A stretch of DNA of 63,777 bases, the filler included, from Octopus bimaculoides (taxonomy: Eukaryota): NCBI RefSeq assembly GCF_001194135.2. It is 5 parts of 5 records of this genome, joined end to end, with 100 filler letters (N's around TTAATTAATTAA, not from the genome) between each part and the next. Parts side by side here need not be neighbours in the genome. Positions count along the whole stretch, not along the records: positions 1 to 19,529 come from NC_068989.1; positions 19,630 to 33,800 come from NC_068986.1; 3 more parts are not named here. The stretch is one strand, 5' to 3'. The notes below the pieces were generated by a model. The model saw only the letters and a list, made by a program, of their open reading frames with translations. It was not told the DNA's origin and made no database searches. Numbering within the stretch: the stretch's first letter is position 1; each line of letters begins with the position of its first letter. Of this stretch, positions 12,555-24,176 are shown piece after piece. A program made the translations under genes and the position numbers.

Positions 12555-12772
12555 TTATATATGATGGGCTTCTGTCAGTTTCCATCTAGTGTGTGTGTGT
12601 GTGCGTGTGTGTATATGCATAACCGGCTTCTTTCAGTTTTTGACTACCAAATCTACTCATAGAGCTTTGGTCAGCCTAGGGCTATAGTAGAAGACACTTA
12701 CTGAAGGTGCCATGCAATGGGACTGAACCCAGAACAACATATGCGGGAAGTGAACTTCTGACCACATAGCTC
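12301..12772 (-). mobile_element. Family B SINE with expanded internal (CA)/(TG) tracts
   Basis: ctctttactc... tail, gccatgctggagcaccgcctttagtcgag body, and head ending ctgaccacatagc. Confidence 0.85.
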
Positions 12773-13562
12773 TGGGCTCTGAGCAAATGTAAAAATTATC
12801 AAAAGTGGGCAGTGACAAGACATTACTGATCTCAGGTGTAAAATCTCTCTCTCATTGGCTCCTTGATTATGGTTTTCAATTAAATACCTGAAGAGCCAGT
12901 CCTTTTATGATCATGTCAGATGAAAACCTCCAAGTAATTTACACGTTCAGCCATTGAATGTGTGAGGTAAACCAGATGTTGCTGTGTAATTATATATGCA
13001 TATATAAATATATACACACACTGCAATACAATAACCAGGTGCACCTTTACTATAGCTTTACCTGATTAATTGCAAAGAAACACTCAAAATTTTTTATTGT
13101 CTCGAAATGATGTTAAGATTTTTGCATTTTTTTGTAAATTGATTCCCCAACCAAGTATTAGTTAATTCTCAGAGCAAACTGAAAAAGAACTCTCCAGTTA
13201 ATAACCTCAACATGTTTTCATTGAAATTGAGCTGTATTTTATTTCATTCTTACCAAACATGCTTTTTAATTTGTTTCAGGTTAATACAAACACAATAAGA
13301 AAAGTTTTAAAGCTATTTTCCATATTAAAATGAGGGTTAGCTTTGCAAGACCCATTGATGTATTATCCATTATAGTTCTCATTTTGAGGTGGTGTTTTAC
13401 ATTCAAATGTCCTTCCTGTTATCAATTTCAACTTCCTCTTACAACAGACAGGGATAATTTGTTTCAAGTCAATAATAATAATAATAATAATCCTTTCTAC
13501 TAAAGGTACAAGGCCTGAAATTTATGGGGAGGGGACTAGTCGACAAGGTAGCCCAGAACCTC

Positions 13563-14141
13563 CACTGGCTACTATGACGTAAGTATGGATATGAGGTTAC
13601 GGGTGCTTGGTACCAACATACACTGGAAAAGGTAATGGACAAAAAGGGGAAGGCAAAAATCCTCTGGGACTTTGATTTCCAGACAGATAAGGTGTTAGAG
13701 CACCAAAGGCCGGGTATAGTAACCTTTAGGAGGGACAAACAAGAGTGCCTAATAACTGACGTGGTAGTGCCAGATCAAAATATAATCATGAAAGAGAAAA
13801 GGTTGATAAATATGGAGACCTGAGAATTGAGATCGCTAAGATGTGGCAGCTATGAGAGTCGAACATAAAGGTTATCCCTATTGTCATCAGAGCAATGGGT
13901 TCAATACCACCCAATCTGAAAAAAACATCTGAAAACTTTAGAAATACCCAATAATCTAGGTGTATTGCAAAAGTCAGCATTACTTGGAACTGCATGCATA
14001 TTGGGTTAAAGTACTGTCTGTCTGAGGTCCTTGTTGTGACTTGACAAACAGTACAAAGCCCCAGTAGATACAATATCTTCAATCAACAACCTCAAGATAT
14101 TGTATACTGTGCAACGTCTTAAATAGGAATAATAATAATAA
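13563..14141 (+). mobile_element. Dong/R4-clade non-LTR relic (restriction-like endonuclease domain)
   Basis: KILWDFDFQTDKVLEHQRPGIV...LITDVVVP, then YGDLRIEIAKMW, KVIPIVIRAMG and QKSALLGTA across frameshifts; ends in (AAT)n. Confidence 0.85.
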
Positions 14142-15289
14142 AGATGATGATGATGATGATTTATTCTGCCACAGAGGTATCAGATGAGGACATGGCAAGA
14201 TAGGGTACAGCTTGTGTAAGGGCTTAAATGAAATCAGGATAGAAAGAAACAGACTGAAGGGCAATGAGATAAGATATATATATATATATATATATATATA
14301 GGATAGAAAATATATGAATACATAGAGAATGCAGTTTTGAAAGAGGAGTGCCTCTAACAAGGGCCAGTCAAGGAATCCAGCAGATCCAAGATCTCCCTGA
14401 TCATCAAGGGCATGAGCCTTCACCAAACTGTTGTTCACCAACCAACAGGGACATGCTTAAAGTCGTTCCATTCACCTTAATCATTTTGTCACAGTTTGGC
14501 CAACCTTTTAAGAAAGCCACCAGACAGCACTTCCCTCTTTATCTTCATTTACCTTATAAATAAAATTTGAAAAAGTAAATAATCATTACTGTCTGAACAT
14601 TCTCTTTTCTGTCCGTGCATGGGTCAAGTGAAATTTGCTGAGGCAGATTTTTGCTGCAGCTGGATGCCCTTCCTGTCACCAATCCCCACTTGTTTTGTAG
14701 TAACATGATATTTCCCCCATAGCTGGATATGATTTGAAAGATTGGAAATGAAGGACACCACTTGTATGTCAGTGAAACTCACTTACAACAATTATACTAT
14801 GTCAAGACAAGACACCAACTCAAACGCACACACACACACACACATATATCTCCTTCACTCAAAGAGCAAATCCCTTTGCTTTCAGCCAGATGTGAAATGT
14901 TCAAATCACCAATTTTTTTTCTTGCTTCTTCCTACTCTATCCACAATGTGGAGCAAGATTTGAAACTGAGTCGTCAGATTACAAAGTTTAAGTCATGGCA
15001 TAGCAACACCTTGCGCATGTAAGAGGCCAAGTTATTGACCAACCAGCAGCCAGACTTCATGTAATAGATCATTCTAGATCCTTCTGGAATGCCTCTGGTC
15101 AAGAGTTATATAAAGGCTTATCTTTAATACCAACCTTCTGTGTTTGCCAGCCCATGGTCCAACTTGACACTCTCTTGCCATTTATAATGGCTATTTTCAT
15201 GATTTCTACTCAACCTAGATATGTCATTATAGATGGCCAATGTTCTCCAGAATGGAACATAACATTAAATGATAATGATGAAATCCTTC

Positions 15290-15690
15290 ATCTACCCCTT
15301 TTTGTACACTTATTGGGTACAACATATGAAATTCCAATCTGCTCCTTTTCTGTATATCAAACATGTCCACTTTCCAGATGTTAGCAGATTCTTGTTTTCT
15401 TTCGTATTAACTTTTGTCTTTACTAGGTTTTCTTTAAAGATTCTGGGCTTTGATTCCATGTTTGGATTGGAGCCTAGTGTAGACACCTGGTTCACCAGTC
15501 CTCAGTCAAATCGTCCAACCCATGCTAGCATGGAAAGCAGACATTAAACGATGATGATGATAATGATGAAATCTTCAACAGAGTCACCAACAGGAACTAG
15601 GTCATTAGCATACAGAAATACCCACAAACAGCCGGTCTTAAACTCCTTTGTTGTGACCTGCAGAACTACAACATTAATCTAATGTGTATG
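15290..15690 (-). mobile_element. RTE reverse transcriptase fragment interrupted by a plus-strand RTE tail (about 15475-15570)
   Basis: VLQVTTKEFKTGCLWVFLYANDLVPVGDSVED (YADD motif decayed) and ESK...NLVKTKV...SGKWTCLIYRKG...CCTQ. Confidence 0.8.
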
Positions 15691-16374
15691 TTTTCTCCTG
15701 TCTTGATAAGCTTAAGTACAGAGCCTTTTTAATCAACCATTTATGAATGCTACAGAATTGTTCTTTCAATTAAGTTGACTTGTTATGGAAACTTTCTAAT
15801 TCATGACCAACCTGAAAATTACTTGAGCAGTAAAATAAAAGTTACTATTAAATGTTCACATGGTGTTGTTACATCATTTGTGTGCAGCCTTATCTACAAA
15901 CTACATCTGTGACAAGCTCTTTGAGATTATTTAGATCACCTACTTAAAAGAAGCTATCGATTATTTTTAGGAAGTCTTCCAAAAACTTAAAGGAATTTAT
16001 TTCATGAATGTTTTTCCTGCAAACTAATCCCATGCATTTGTTGCACATGAAATCTATTTTGCAGACTGCTTCTCCATCCTTTCATCTCCTGTCTCCTTCC
16101 CAAACAATCTTGCAAACTGAATCTTCTACTTACCTTGTACCTTGTGGGCCACCTGAGGACCCTTTCGTCGTTATCTAGCTCTCACAGCTCTAATTGATCA
16201 TTGCTTGTCTCCCCTTCCTCTAATAGATGTTAGTAGCCATGCAATCCTCTACAAGAACCTGCTCTGACTCCCTCTTCTCATATTTTAATCCCATCATCCC
16301 CTAGCATGAAGCTGATCCTCACCTCTCCCCTTCTCCCAGGGTTTGTAGTCCTGTGAGCTGGATGGTGACTTAAA

Positions 16375-16845
16375 TAGACCAGTCGCATGAAAAAAGCACC
16401 CAGTCCATACTGTAAAGTGGTTGGCATTAGGAAAGACATCCAGTAATAGAAACCATGCCAAAGCAGACACTGAAGCATGATGTTGCCCTTGGTCCCATTA
16501 GATCCTGTCAAACATTAGATCTAAACCAAGCCAGAATGGAACATGGGCATTAAATGATAATGATGAAATCCTTCATCTACTCCTTTTTTGTACACTCTTT
16601 GTTTACATTGGGTGCAACTTATGAAATTCCAATCTGCTCCTTTTTCTGTATATCAAACATGTCCACTTTCCAGATGTTAGCAGATTCTTGTTTTCTTTCT
16701 TTTTAACTTTTGTCTTTACTAGGTTTTCTTTAAAGATTCTGAGCTTTGATTCTATGTTTGGAATTTCCTTTTTAAATCTTCAGCAGAGTCACCAACAGGA
16801 TCTTGGTCTTAAACTCTTTCATTGTGGCCTGCAGAACTATAATAA
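16375..16845. mobile_element. RTE 3' tail (+) joined to a second copy of the same RT fragment (-)
   Basis: 16531-16840 aligns by eye with 15247-15670. Confidence 0.8.
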
Positions 16846-17837
16846 ACAGTAGGAAAGTGATAGCTATGGGAGACCCCAATCTGCTTGCTAAATTCTTTGC
16901 TGAACTCATTTTTAACACTCATCGAACATAACGGTATATAATGAAATGTTCAACCCTATTGATGCACAGTCCTCAATGGATATCTATAACGAAAAGAAGA
17001 ATTTGTAATCTACGCACAAACCCTTGAGTATGACTGGTGTTCTAGTTTATCAGCCCCAGAAAGATTTGAATACAAGACTTACAGAACAACAACAGAATGG
17101 CCACCATGTAGTTTATCTTGTCAGGGACTCAAATGACTTTGCTATCCACAGTGCTAACCATCTAACCTTTAGTAAAATTACAAAACATTACTTTTGAATT
17201 TCAATGAGTAAGCCATTTCCATTTGTGTAGTTGCTACATCACACCACTCTCACCACCACCCCTCTCTCTCTCTGCTTTCTCTCACTTTCCCTCCCTCTTT
17301 CTGTATGTGTACAACACACACACACACATGTTGGTATGCAAAATACTTTTGCAATTAAACATTTATAATTTCTTGCTGATTTGACTCCAAACAATCATAT
17401 TATATCTGGTTTGATGCTTATAGAATTCCAAGCATCAACAACCTCGAATACACTCAGAATGTGGCACCAAGTCTTGTAATTCGAATGAGCAGTTGTGAGA
17501 GAATGTCAATGATTACTATGCAAAGCGTTGCTGGTTCAATATTGATCCAAGGATTATTGTGAAAAAAAGGAGATAAAAACAAAGAAGAATAAGAAGTAAA
17601 GAAATTCTTATCCCACCTTTGAAATGTCATTATTCTATCAAAATGTCAGCCCAAACATCTGTGTTTTCTGTTATTTTATAGTTTTGTTCCTTTGGTTTGA
17701 GAATTATTTGAATTAATTACACAAGTTTTCATTCTCTGAGGTATCATTACCACCATCATCATTACCAATCACTCTAAATGAGCAGATACATGCAAACACA
17801 CCTATCCACACACATACATGACACACCAAAACACAAC

Positions 17838-18068
17838 TACAACACCATCCTAACAACACTATCTCTGCCATTCGGTTCACATACATCTACAATGCTATTA
17901 CAATGCCTTCCTAATAACACTATTTCTCCCATTCAATCCAGGCATATCTACAACACCATACAGCACTATTACAACACCTTCCTAACAATGCTATTTCTCC
18001 CGCTCAATCCAGACACATCTACAACACCATCCTAACAACACTGTCTCTCCAACTCAGTTCAGACAAAC
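17838..18068. repeat. Degenerate ~50-bp minisatellite
   Basis: acaacacc(a/t)tcctaacaacactat(t/c)tct(c/g)cc...c(a/t)gacacatct repeated about 4 times. Confidence 0.75.
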
Positions 18069-18302
18069 ATAAGCTCACGAGCTCACATAAGCTCATATGC
18101 ATTCAGAAATAGCTGTAATCTCAACAGCCTCGTTGTACTGGAAGTACATCACCAATAATACATGAAGTAGAAAAACATTTGTCATGTTCTCACTGAGTTC
18201 ACTTTCATTTCCTCCACTGTGGCCTCCTTCAAATTATGCAGACACAAGCAAATGTGGGTGTCTCAAGGTGGTCACTCAACCTGCTAGAAACAGCAACCAA
18301 AT

Positions 18303-18462
18303 CAAGGCAGCGAGCTGGCAGAAACGTTAGCACGCTGGGCGAAATGCTTAGCAGTATTTCGTCTGCCGTTACGCTCTGAGTTCAAATTCCGCCGAGGTCA
18401 ACTTTGCCTTTCATCCTTTCGGGGTCAATAAATTAAGTACCAGTGTGGGCAATAAAGAAATA
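18303..18462 (+). mobile_element. Family A SINE variant with 17-bp target-site duplication
   Basis: agaaacagcaaccaaat at 18286-18302 and 18463-18479 flanks the element. Confidence 0.9.
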
Positions 18463-18779
18463 AGAAACAGCAACCAAATGCCTCCTACTTACTAATGTGG
18501 TCCTGAATGCTCTGTCAGGAGAATAAATGGAATAAGATGTTCTGGAATGTGTATGATCATACAACTGGCACGACCTGGGGCTAAATAGCAAGAAAATAGG
18601 ATACATGTGCTAACTGCTGCAGTGCACAACATATAATTAGGTCCTGCGTGTCAGAAAGCGCAGTTTGGTGCACAATTAAGCAACTGTTGCTATAAATCTC
18701 ACCTGGTTGTTTGGTTGATTGCCAACAGCGAAACACCTCCAGGATCAGATCTGATCTAGGGACCACACTATAGCCTACA

Positions 18780-19130
18780 ATTACAGGGGTCTGCTGGATC
18801 ACAATTCTGATTCTGAGAGCACAAAACCCCATGGAGAACATCTCTACATTCACTGCCCACTTTACAACCAACTCTGCACTACAGACACTTGGCAAATCTC
18901 CTCCCAAACTTTCTCTTTTGATGTTTGTAGGTCCACCATCTTGCATACACATATGCCAAGTGTTAAAGTACTTCTGGTCATTTCAAATGAACAACACCTC
19001 CAGCTCTGATAATATTTCTTCCATTATCCTCAAACATTATGCTCCAAGTGCTAACCACTATACTTACCAAACTATTCAATCGCTCCTTCTCTGCAGGGAT
19101 CTGCTCTGATCTTTGGAAACTCTACTACAG
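18780..19130 (+). mobile_element. CR1/Jockey-group LINE relic (region preceding the RT)
   Basis: SSSDNISSIILKHYAP / LTTILTKLFNRSFSAGICSDLWK resembles the GPDGIP..VLK.CAP.L..LFN.SL..G..P..WK motif. Confidence 0.6.
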
Positions 19131-19242
19131 TATGTGTCATTCCAAATAAAAGCAACCCTTGTGACCCCACTAACTATCACCCTGTCACATTCACTCCCTA
19201 AGGTAATAAGTGACACACAGCAATGAATTCCAACATTTTGAG

Positions 19243-19273
<31 letters not shown>

Positions 19274-19529
19274 GCCTCCTCACTCTCTGCCCATGTCAAC
19301 CCCTGCAGGGGTTGACTTATAAAACGTATAAGAGACAGGAAAAAAACATGAATGACATCATCCCTCACCAGTCTTGAAGGGCTTGCAAATGTCATGGGCA
19401 CCAGCCCTTTCTCCAGATCCAGCAAATACTTTTTCTACACTCCTCTCTCATGATTCTCTCCTCACACTTCAACTCACAAACCCAACAAACACTCAACTCT
19501 CCTTACATCGACAACTGTCTCAAGCATCT

Positions 19530-19629
19530 NNNNNNNNNNNNNNNNNNNNNNNNNNNNNNNNNNNNNNNNNNNNTTAATTAATTAANNNNNNNNNNNNNNN
19601 NNNNNNNNNNNNNNNNNNNNNNNNNNNNN
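19530..19629. other. Artificial scaffold-join spacer
   Basis: 44 N + TTAATTAATTAA (19574-19585) + 44 N = exactly 100 bp; the palindrome gives stops in all six frames; identical at four places. Confidence 0.97.
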
Positions 19630-19769
19630 CTCTGTCAGCTCGCTGTCCGAGAAGAGCGTCTCCATATGTAGGCGCTTTCGCTAGAAAACTCATACAATGC
19701 TACATATAAAGGATAAAGCTTTTCCCAAGATACATAAATTCATAGGACCAGTTTTCCTCATTCCCTGGG

Positions 19770-19975
19770 ATATATATTTCTTCCTGAACAGGGCGCCAGT
19801 CCATCGCAAAAATACTCGTTTTTGCCAGCTAAATTGATTGGAGCAACGAGAAATGAAGTGTTTTGCTTGAGCAAAACACTTCATTTCTCGTTAGCGCATC
19901 GCGCACACCAGAAATCGAAATCACAATCCCACGTTCATGTGTCCAACACACTAACCACTAAGTCACGTGCCTCCA
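19770..19975 (-). mobile_element. Meta-like SINE containing a perfect 48-bp foldback
   Basis: ggagcaacgagaaatgaagtgttttgct and a head ending ctaaccactaagtcacgtgcctcc; inverted copy at 19870-19892. Confidence 0.75.
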
Positions 19976-20949
19976 CAATGCGACATATAAGTGTGCTTGT
20001 GTGTGTATATATGTGTATGTATGTATATCCTTTAAATTCGTTTACGGGAAACGTTTTGAATATACATATAAAAGCTCCTATTCCATTATGCCGGTCACAG
20101 CCTAATGTTACTAGCGATACCAGGTTTTCTGGGTCGCACCAAGCTGTACCGATATAATTGTAGGATAAATATAGTAATAATTATATGATATTAAGAGACA
20201 AGATATTTGCGGAAACGTGCGTAGCGATGCATTAAAATATTTATAAATTCCATCTAAGGATTATCATTATTATTACTATATATATATTCATATATGAGTG
20301 TTTGTAAGTGTGTGGGTGTGTGTATGCATGTATGTATGTATATGAATGTATGTTTATCTATGCGTATGTATGTATTAGTATTAAAAAAAAGATATGCAAA
20401 GAAACTGTTTGTGTGAGTGCTTCCTATGTAGGTCCTCGGTCTTGTGAATCAAAGGTGAAACCGAGGTTTCGGTTATGTTTATTCTGAAAGTAGCAGCACG
20501 AAAGAAATTACCCTAAATGATGTAATCCGTTGCTCTTGGATTTTTCCCCCTCCTATGTAACCTACACAAATAATGCTATATGATTAATGTAAAATATTTA
20601 GTAACAATATGAATTATAGAAACCTATTTATTACCTGTATTGGCATCACAGGTAGCAGATATGTGCTAGTTAAGTTTTTATCGATTGTTGCTGTCAATCA
20701 TTGATAATAAGGGTGGTGAACCACCCTGATTTATTTCTGGGCAGATACAATTGTAGTAAGAAACCCTACAAGAATTAGCTGTGTTTTTATAGATTATAGG
20801 TTTCGAAATATTACGGAAACCGTACGGAAACCGAATAACATAATCTATTGATTTCTTCGATCTTCATGGATCTTCATAGTTATAAATGAAGAAAGATATA
20901 CATTTGATCGAATCGACTACAGTATATTACAGTATATTACTGGTATCTA

Positions 20950-22240
20950 TTTTGAAAGCTTCGTGAAATAAATACCAGTGGAGCATAGGGGTCGATATAA
21001 TCGACTTGCCCCCTTTCTCACGCTGTCAGGCCTTGAGCCTATAGTAGAAAGGATTTTGAAAGTTTCGTAAGGCGGTGAGCTGGTAGTACTGTTAGCGCGT
21101 CGAATAAAATGCCTAACGGCATTTCTTCTGACATTTTATGCTCTGAGCTCAAATACCACCGAGGTCAACTTTACCTTCCATTCATCTCTTCGGAGTCGAA
21201 AGAATGAATGAAAAGTACCAGTAAAATACTGGGGTCGATATAATCGACTTACTCCTCCTCCAAAAATCAGCAGCCTTGAGCCAAAATTCAAAACCATTTT
21301 AAAATCTTCCTTGAGAAAAAAAAAATTAATTGATCCTGCCGGGATTCGAATCCACCACGAAAAATATTCTAAGTTATTTATGTCTTTATTATGTAATGCA
21401 TCCAGACATTTTGACCGCTATTGACGTAGTCTCTCGTCCTACCTGAAACAGCAACTAAATCTTTGTCATATTTTACCGTCACGACTGGAAGGTTTTTGAT
21501 TATAGACTTTGATCAATAGGACTGACCTGGGGTTAAACAACAGCACACAACATAATTATTCTAGGTGGAGTCCCATTCACGGTCGGCTGACTTGTTAGAC
21601 ATTGCAGCCAGATCTTCGTCATATCACTACCGCGTCGAGATCAGCTTTGCTTTCATCTCGCACCCCTTGGAGTCGATAAAATAAAGTACAGCTCAAGAAC
21701 TTGCGTCCGTTCTGTAGACTAAGCCCGCTCCCTTAAAAATTTATGACCTTGTGTCTAAATTAGAAACAACGATTTTGGATTAGCAGATTGATTAAAGCAC
21801 CGGATAAAGTGTCTGGTGGTATTTGTTCCGGCTCTTTACGTTCTGAGTTCAAATCCCACCGAATTTAAATTTACCTTTAATCCTTCTGGGGTCGATTGAA
21901 TAAGATACCAGTCAAGTTCTAAAGTTGATAGTATCGACTAACCAACCAACCACCCTCTCACCCACAAAATCTTGTTCTGCACCTAAGATTAGAAATCATT
22001 ACTTCAGCCGTCCTTTAAAGGTGGCGAGTTTTCAGAATCGCTAGCGCGGCGAACAAAGTGCTTAGCAGTATATCCCTTCCAGCTTTCTACGTTCTTAGTT
22101 CAAAACCCGCCGAGATCAACTTGGCATTTCGTCCTTTCGAAGTCCATGAAAATAAAAGTACCAGTCAAGTATCAGGGCCCAGGTACTAACAAACCCCGTC
22201 CCCTCAAAAACTGCCTAAATCAGAAATCAGTATTACAATT
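20950..22240 (+). mobile_element. Cluster of old family A SINE copies
   Basis: Heads near 21080, 21775 and 22020 plus partial bodies (ggggtcgat...gtaccag...aatcgact). Confidence 0.75.
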
Positions 22241-22819
22241 GTTATTGTTATTGTTAATCGCTGTTTGTATTATGTGTATCAATATGTTTACGATGAATCA
22301 ATATTATCATACACTAACGTCTTCGTTTGGCAAGCGGTGTTGTTATGCAGGTAGTTTGTTGTTCATTGTCTAGTAACTATAACGAACAAAGTGGTTACAA
22401 GAGGTCGGTGAGGTGAAGAGAACAGAGGTCAGATTATTTCCTCTCTGTCGAAACCCTAATCACTTTCTTCAACTGCTACTTAATGCTTAATTTCCCATGA
22501 AACTCTGGAGTCATAAGCAAGAAGAGGCAAAGGCAAGGTTGAGGGAAGAGGTGGGGTGCCTTTTGTGTATTTCATAAGACTATTATCACAAGTTAAGCTG
22601 TTTCAATCTCGTGGAACAAAGAAGAAATTATGAAGTGTGTAGGAGAATGTCGAAATAATGAGCAATATGGCGGAAACGTATTAATCTAACCTAATGTTAT
22701 TTTCCTGCAGCACCTTCAAAGGACTGGAAATTAATTTACTCACAATTAATTACCAAATTTCAGAGCTTTCATCACAGCACATATTAATTCTTGCTTTTGA
22801 AATATTTTTGTTCTTTCTC

Positions 22820-23573
22820 ACCGCTTACCACTACAACTACTACTACTGCTGCTCCTGCTACTACCACTACTAATAATACTTCTTTAAATAATATTATCAC
22901 CAACAACAGCATTACTACCACCACACCAACACATTTACCGACATTAACCGTATTATCACCTTTGCTGACACTGTCGCCAACACCAATACAACCACCACAA
23001 CCACCACTACCACCACCACTACCAATACTATCGCTGCCATCCACGCTATCGTCACAAGAATCCCCACCCACCAATCCAATCACCGACGCTACCACCACCT
23101 TTACCACAACCAACGCTATTACCACAATCAACATTATCACCCACTCCACTACTATCACGGCCATCCATACAATCGTTACCACTACTATACTTACTCCACC
23201 AACGCTGTCACCGCATTCAATACTATCACCACATTCACTGACATTATTGCACAGCTTATACTATCATCACCACAAGTATTGTCGACAATTTCACAAACAT
23301 TATTGACTAGCATTATCATTTCCACCAACGCTACTCACCAGCTTCCTTAACACAGTTGCCAATACTACATCAATACTAACACCATCGTCTCTGACACTAT
23401 TACTACCACCAATATTATCACAACCAATCGCAGTCTAGTTCAAACAATACAATAACCTGAAACATTATTACCTTTGCTTACACTATTATCGCTAATATTC
23501 TCAACAACAACACTATCACTACAACCACAGACAAAACTAATACTTTCATCGTTTCCACCGCATTCTCATCATC

Positions 23574-23605
<32 letters not shown>
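22820..23605. repeat. Degenerate (ACT)/(ACC)/(AAT) trinucleotide low-complexity tract
   Basis: Directly visible. Confidence 0.9.
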
Positions 23606-24176
23606 TGATTGGAAGTGTTATCATGTACATTGTTTTGTCTTGGTATAAAAAGATGAGCTACAGCAAATATTCTATGCCTGGATGCAGTACCAGGCAGTGG
23701 CTCTCATGGCTTCTGATCTTAACTGATGGGAAGTTCTATCATGTACATTGTTTTGTCTTGGTATAAAAAGATGAGCTACAGCAAATATTCTATGCCTGGA
23801 TGCAGTACCAGACACTGGCTCTTATGGCTTCTGATCTTAACTGACTGGGAGTGTTATCATGTACGTTGTTTTGTCTTGGTATAAAAGATGGGCTACAGCA
23901 AATATTCTGCTCAATACCACAGATTTGCTTGTCAGTTGTTTGACCTTAACCAGTTGAGCATGTTTCTTGGTGGCTGATGATATGTGCATCTCTGATCATG
24001 AGCAGAAGTAGTGGGGGAGCATCATAGCCATGTGTTGAGAGGAATTCTTTGGGGTTTGAATAATTCACCTTTGGAAACATGAGTGTTTTGCTCAACATCC
24101 TTAAACAAACCTTATTCAGGGACCTTTTGAGTGGGATGGGCTACTCGACCTGAAGAAAATTCTAACTGGGCCCCAN
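23606..24176 (+). mobile_element. Interspersed repeat abutting (AAT)n, with an internal 118-bp tandem duplication
   Basis: tcatgtac(a/g)ttgttttgtcttggtataaaa recurs at 23621, 23739 and 23857; runs into a gap; class not determined. Confidence 0.6.

Noticed and set aside
16100-16200. Strong minus-strand donor AAG|gtaagt at 16134
   Set aside because: No pyrimidine-rich acceptor upstream; the sequence reads like a decayed LINE C-terminus (ERVLRWPTRYKVSRR).
19574-19585. TTAATTAATTAA as a biological motif
   Set aside because: Always centred in exactly 88 Ns, so it is an assembly linker.
21325-21360. tRNA gene (B-box ggattcgaatccc on the minus strand) and other tRNA-like heads
   Set aside because: Only partial arms; they run into SINE bodies with no complete cloverleaf.
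22791-23306. Mucin-like Thr/Pro-rich ORF
   Set aside because: By-product of degenerate ACT/ACC repeats; similar tracts elsewhere in the window are riddled with stops.
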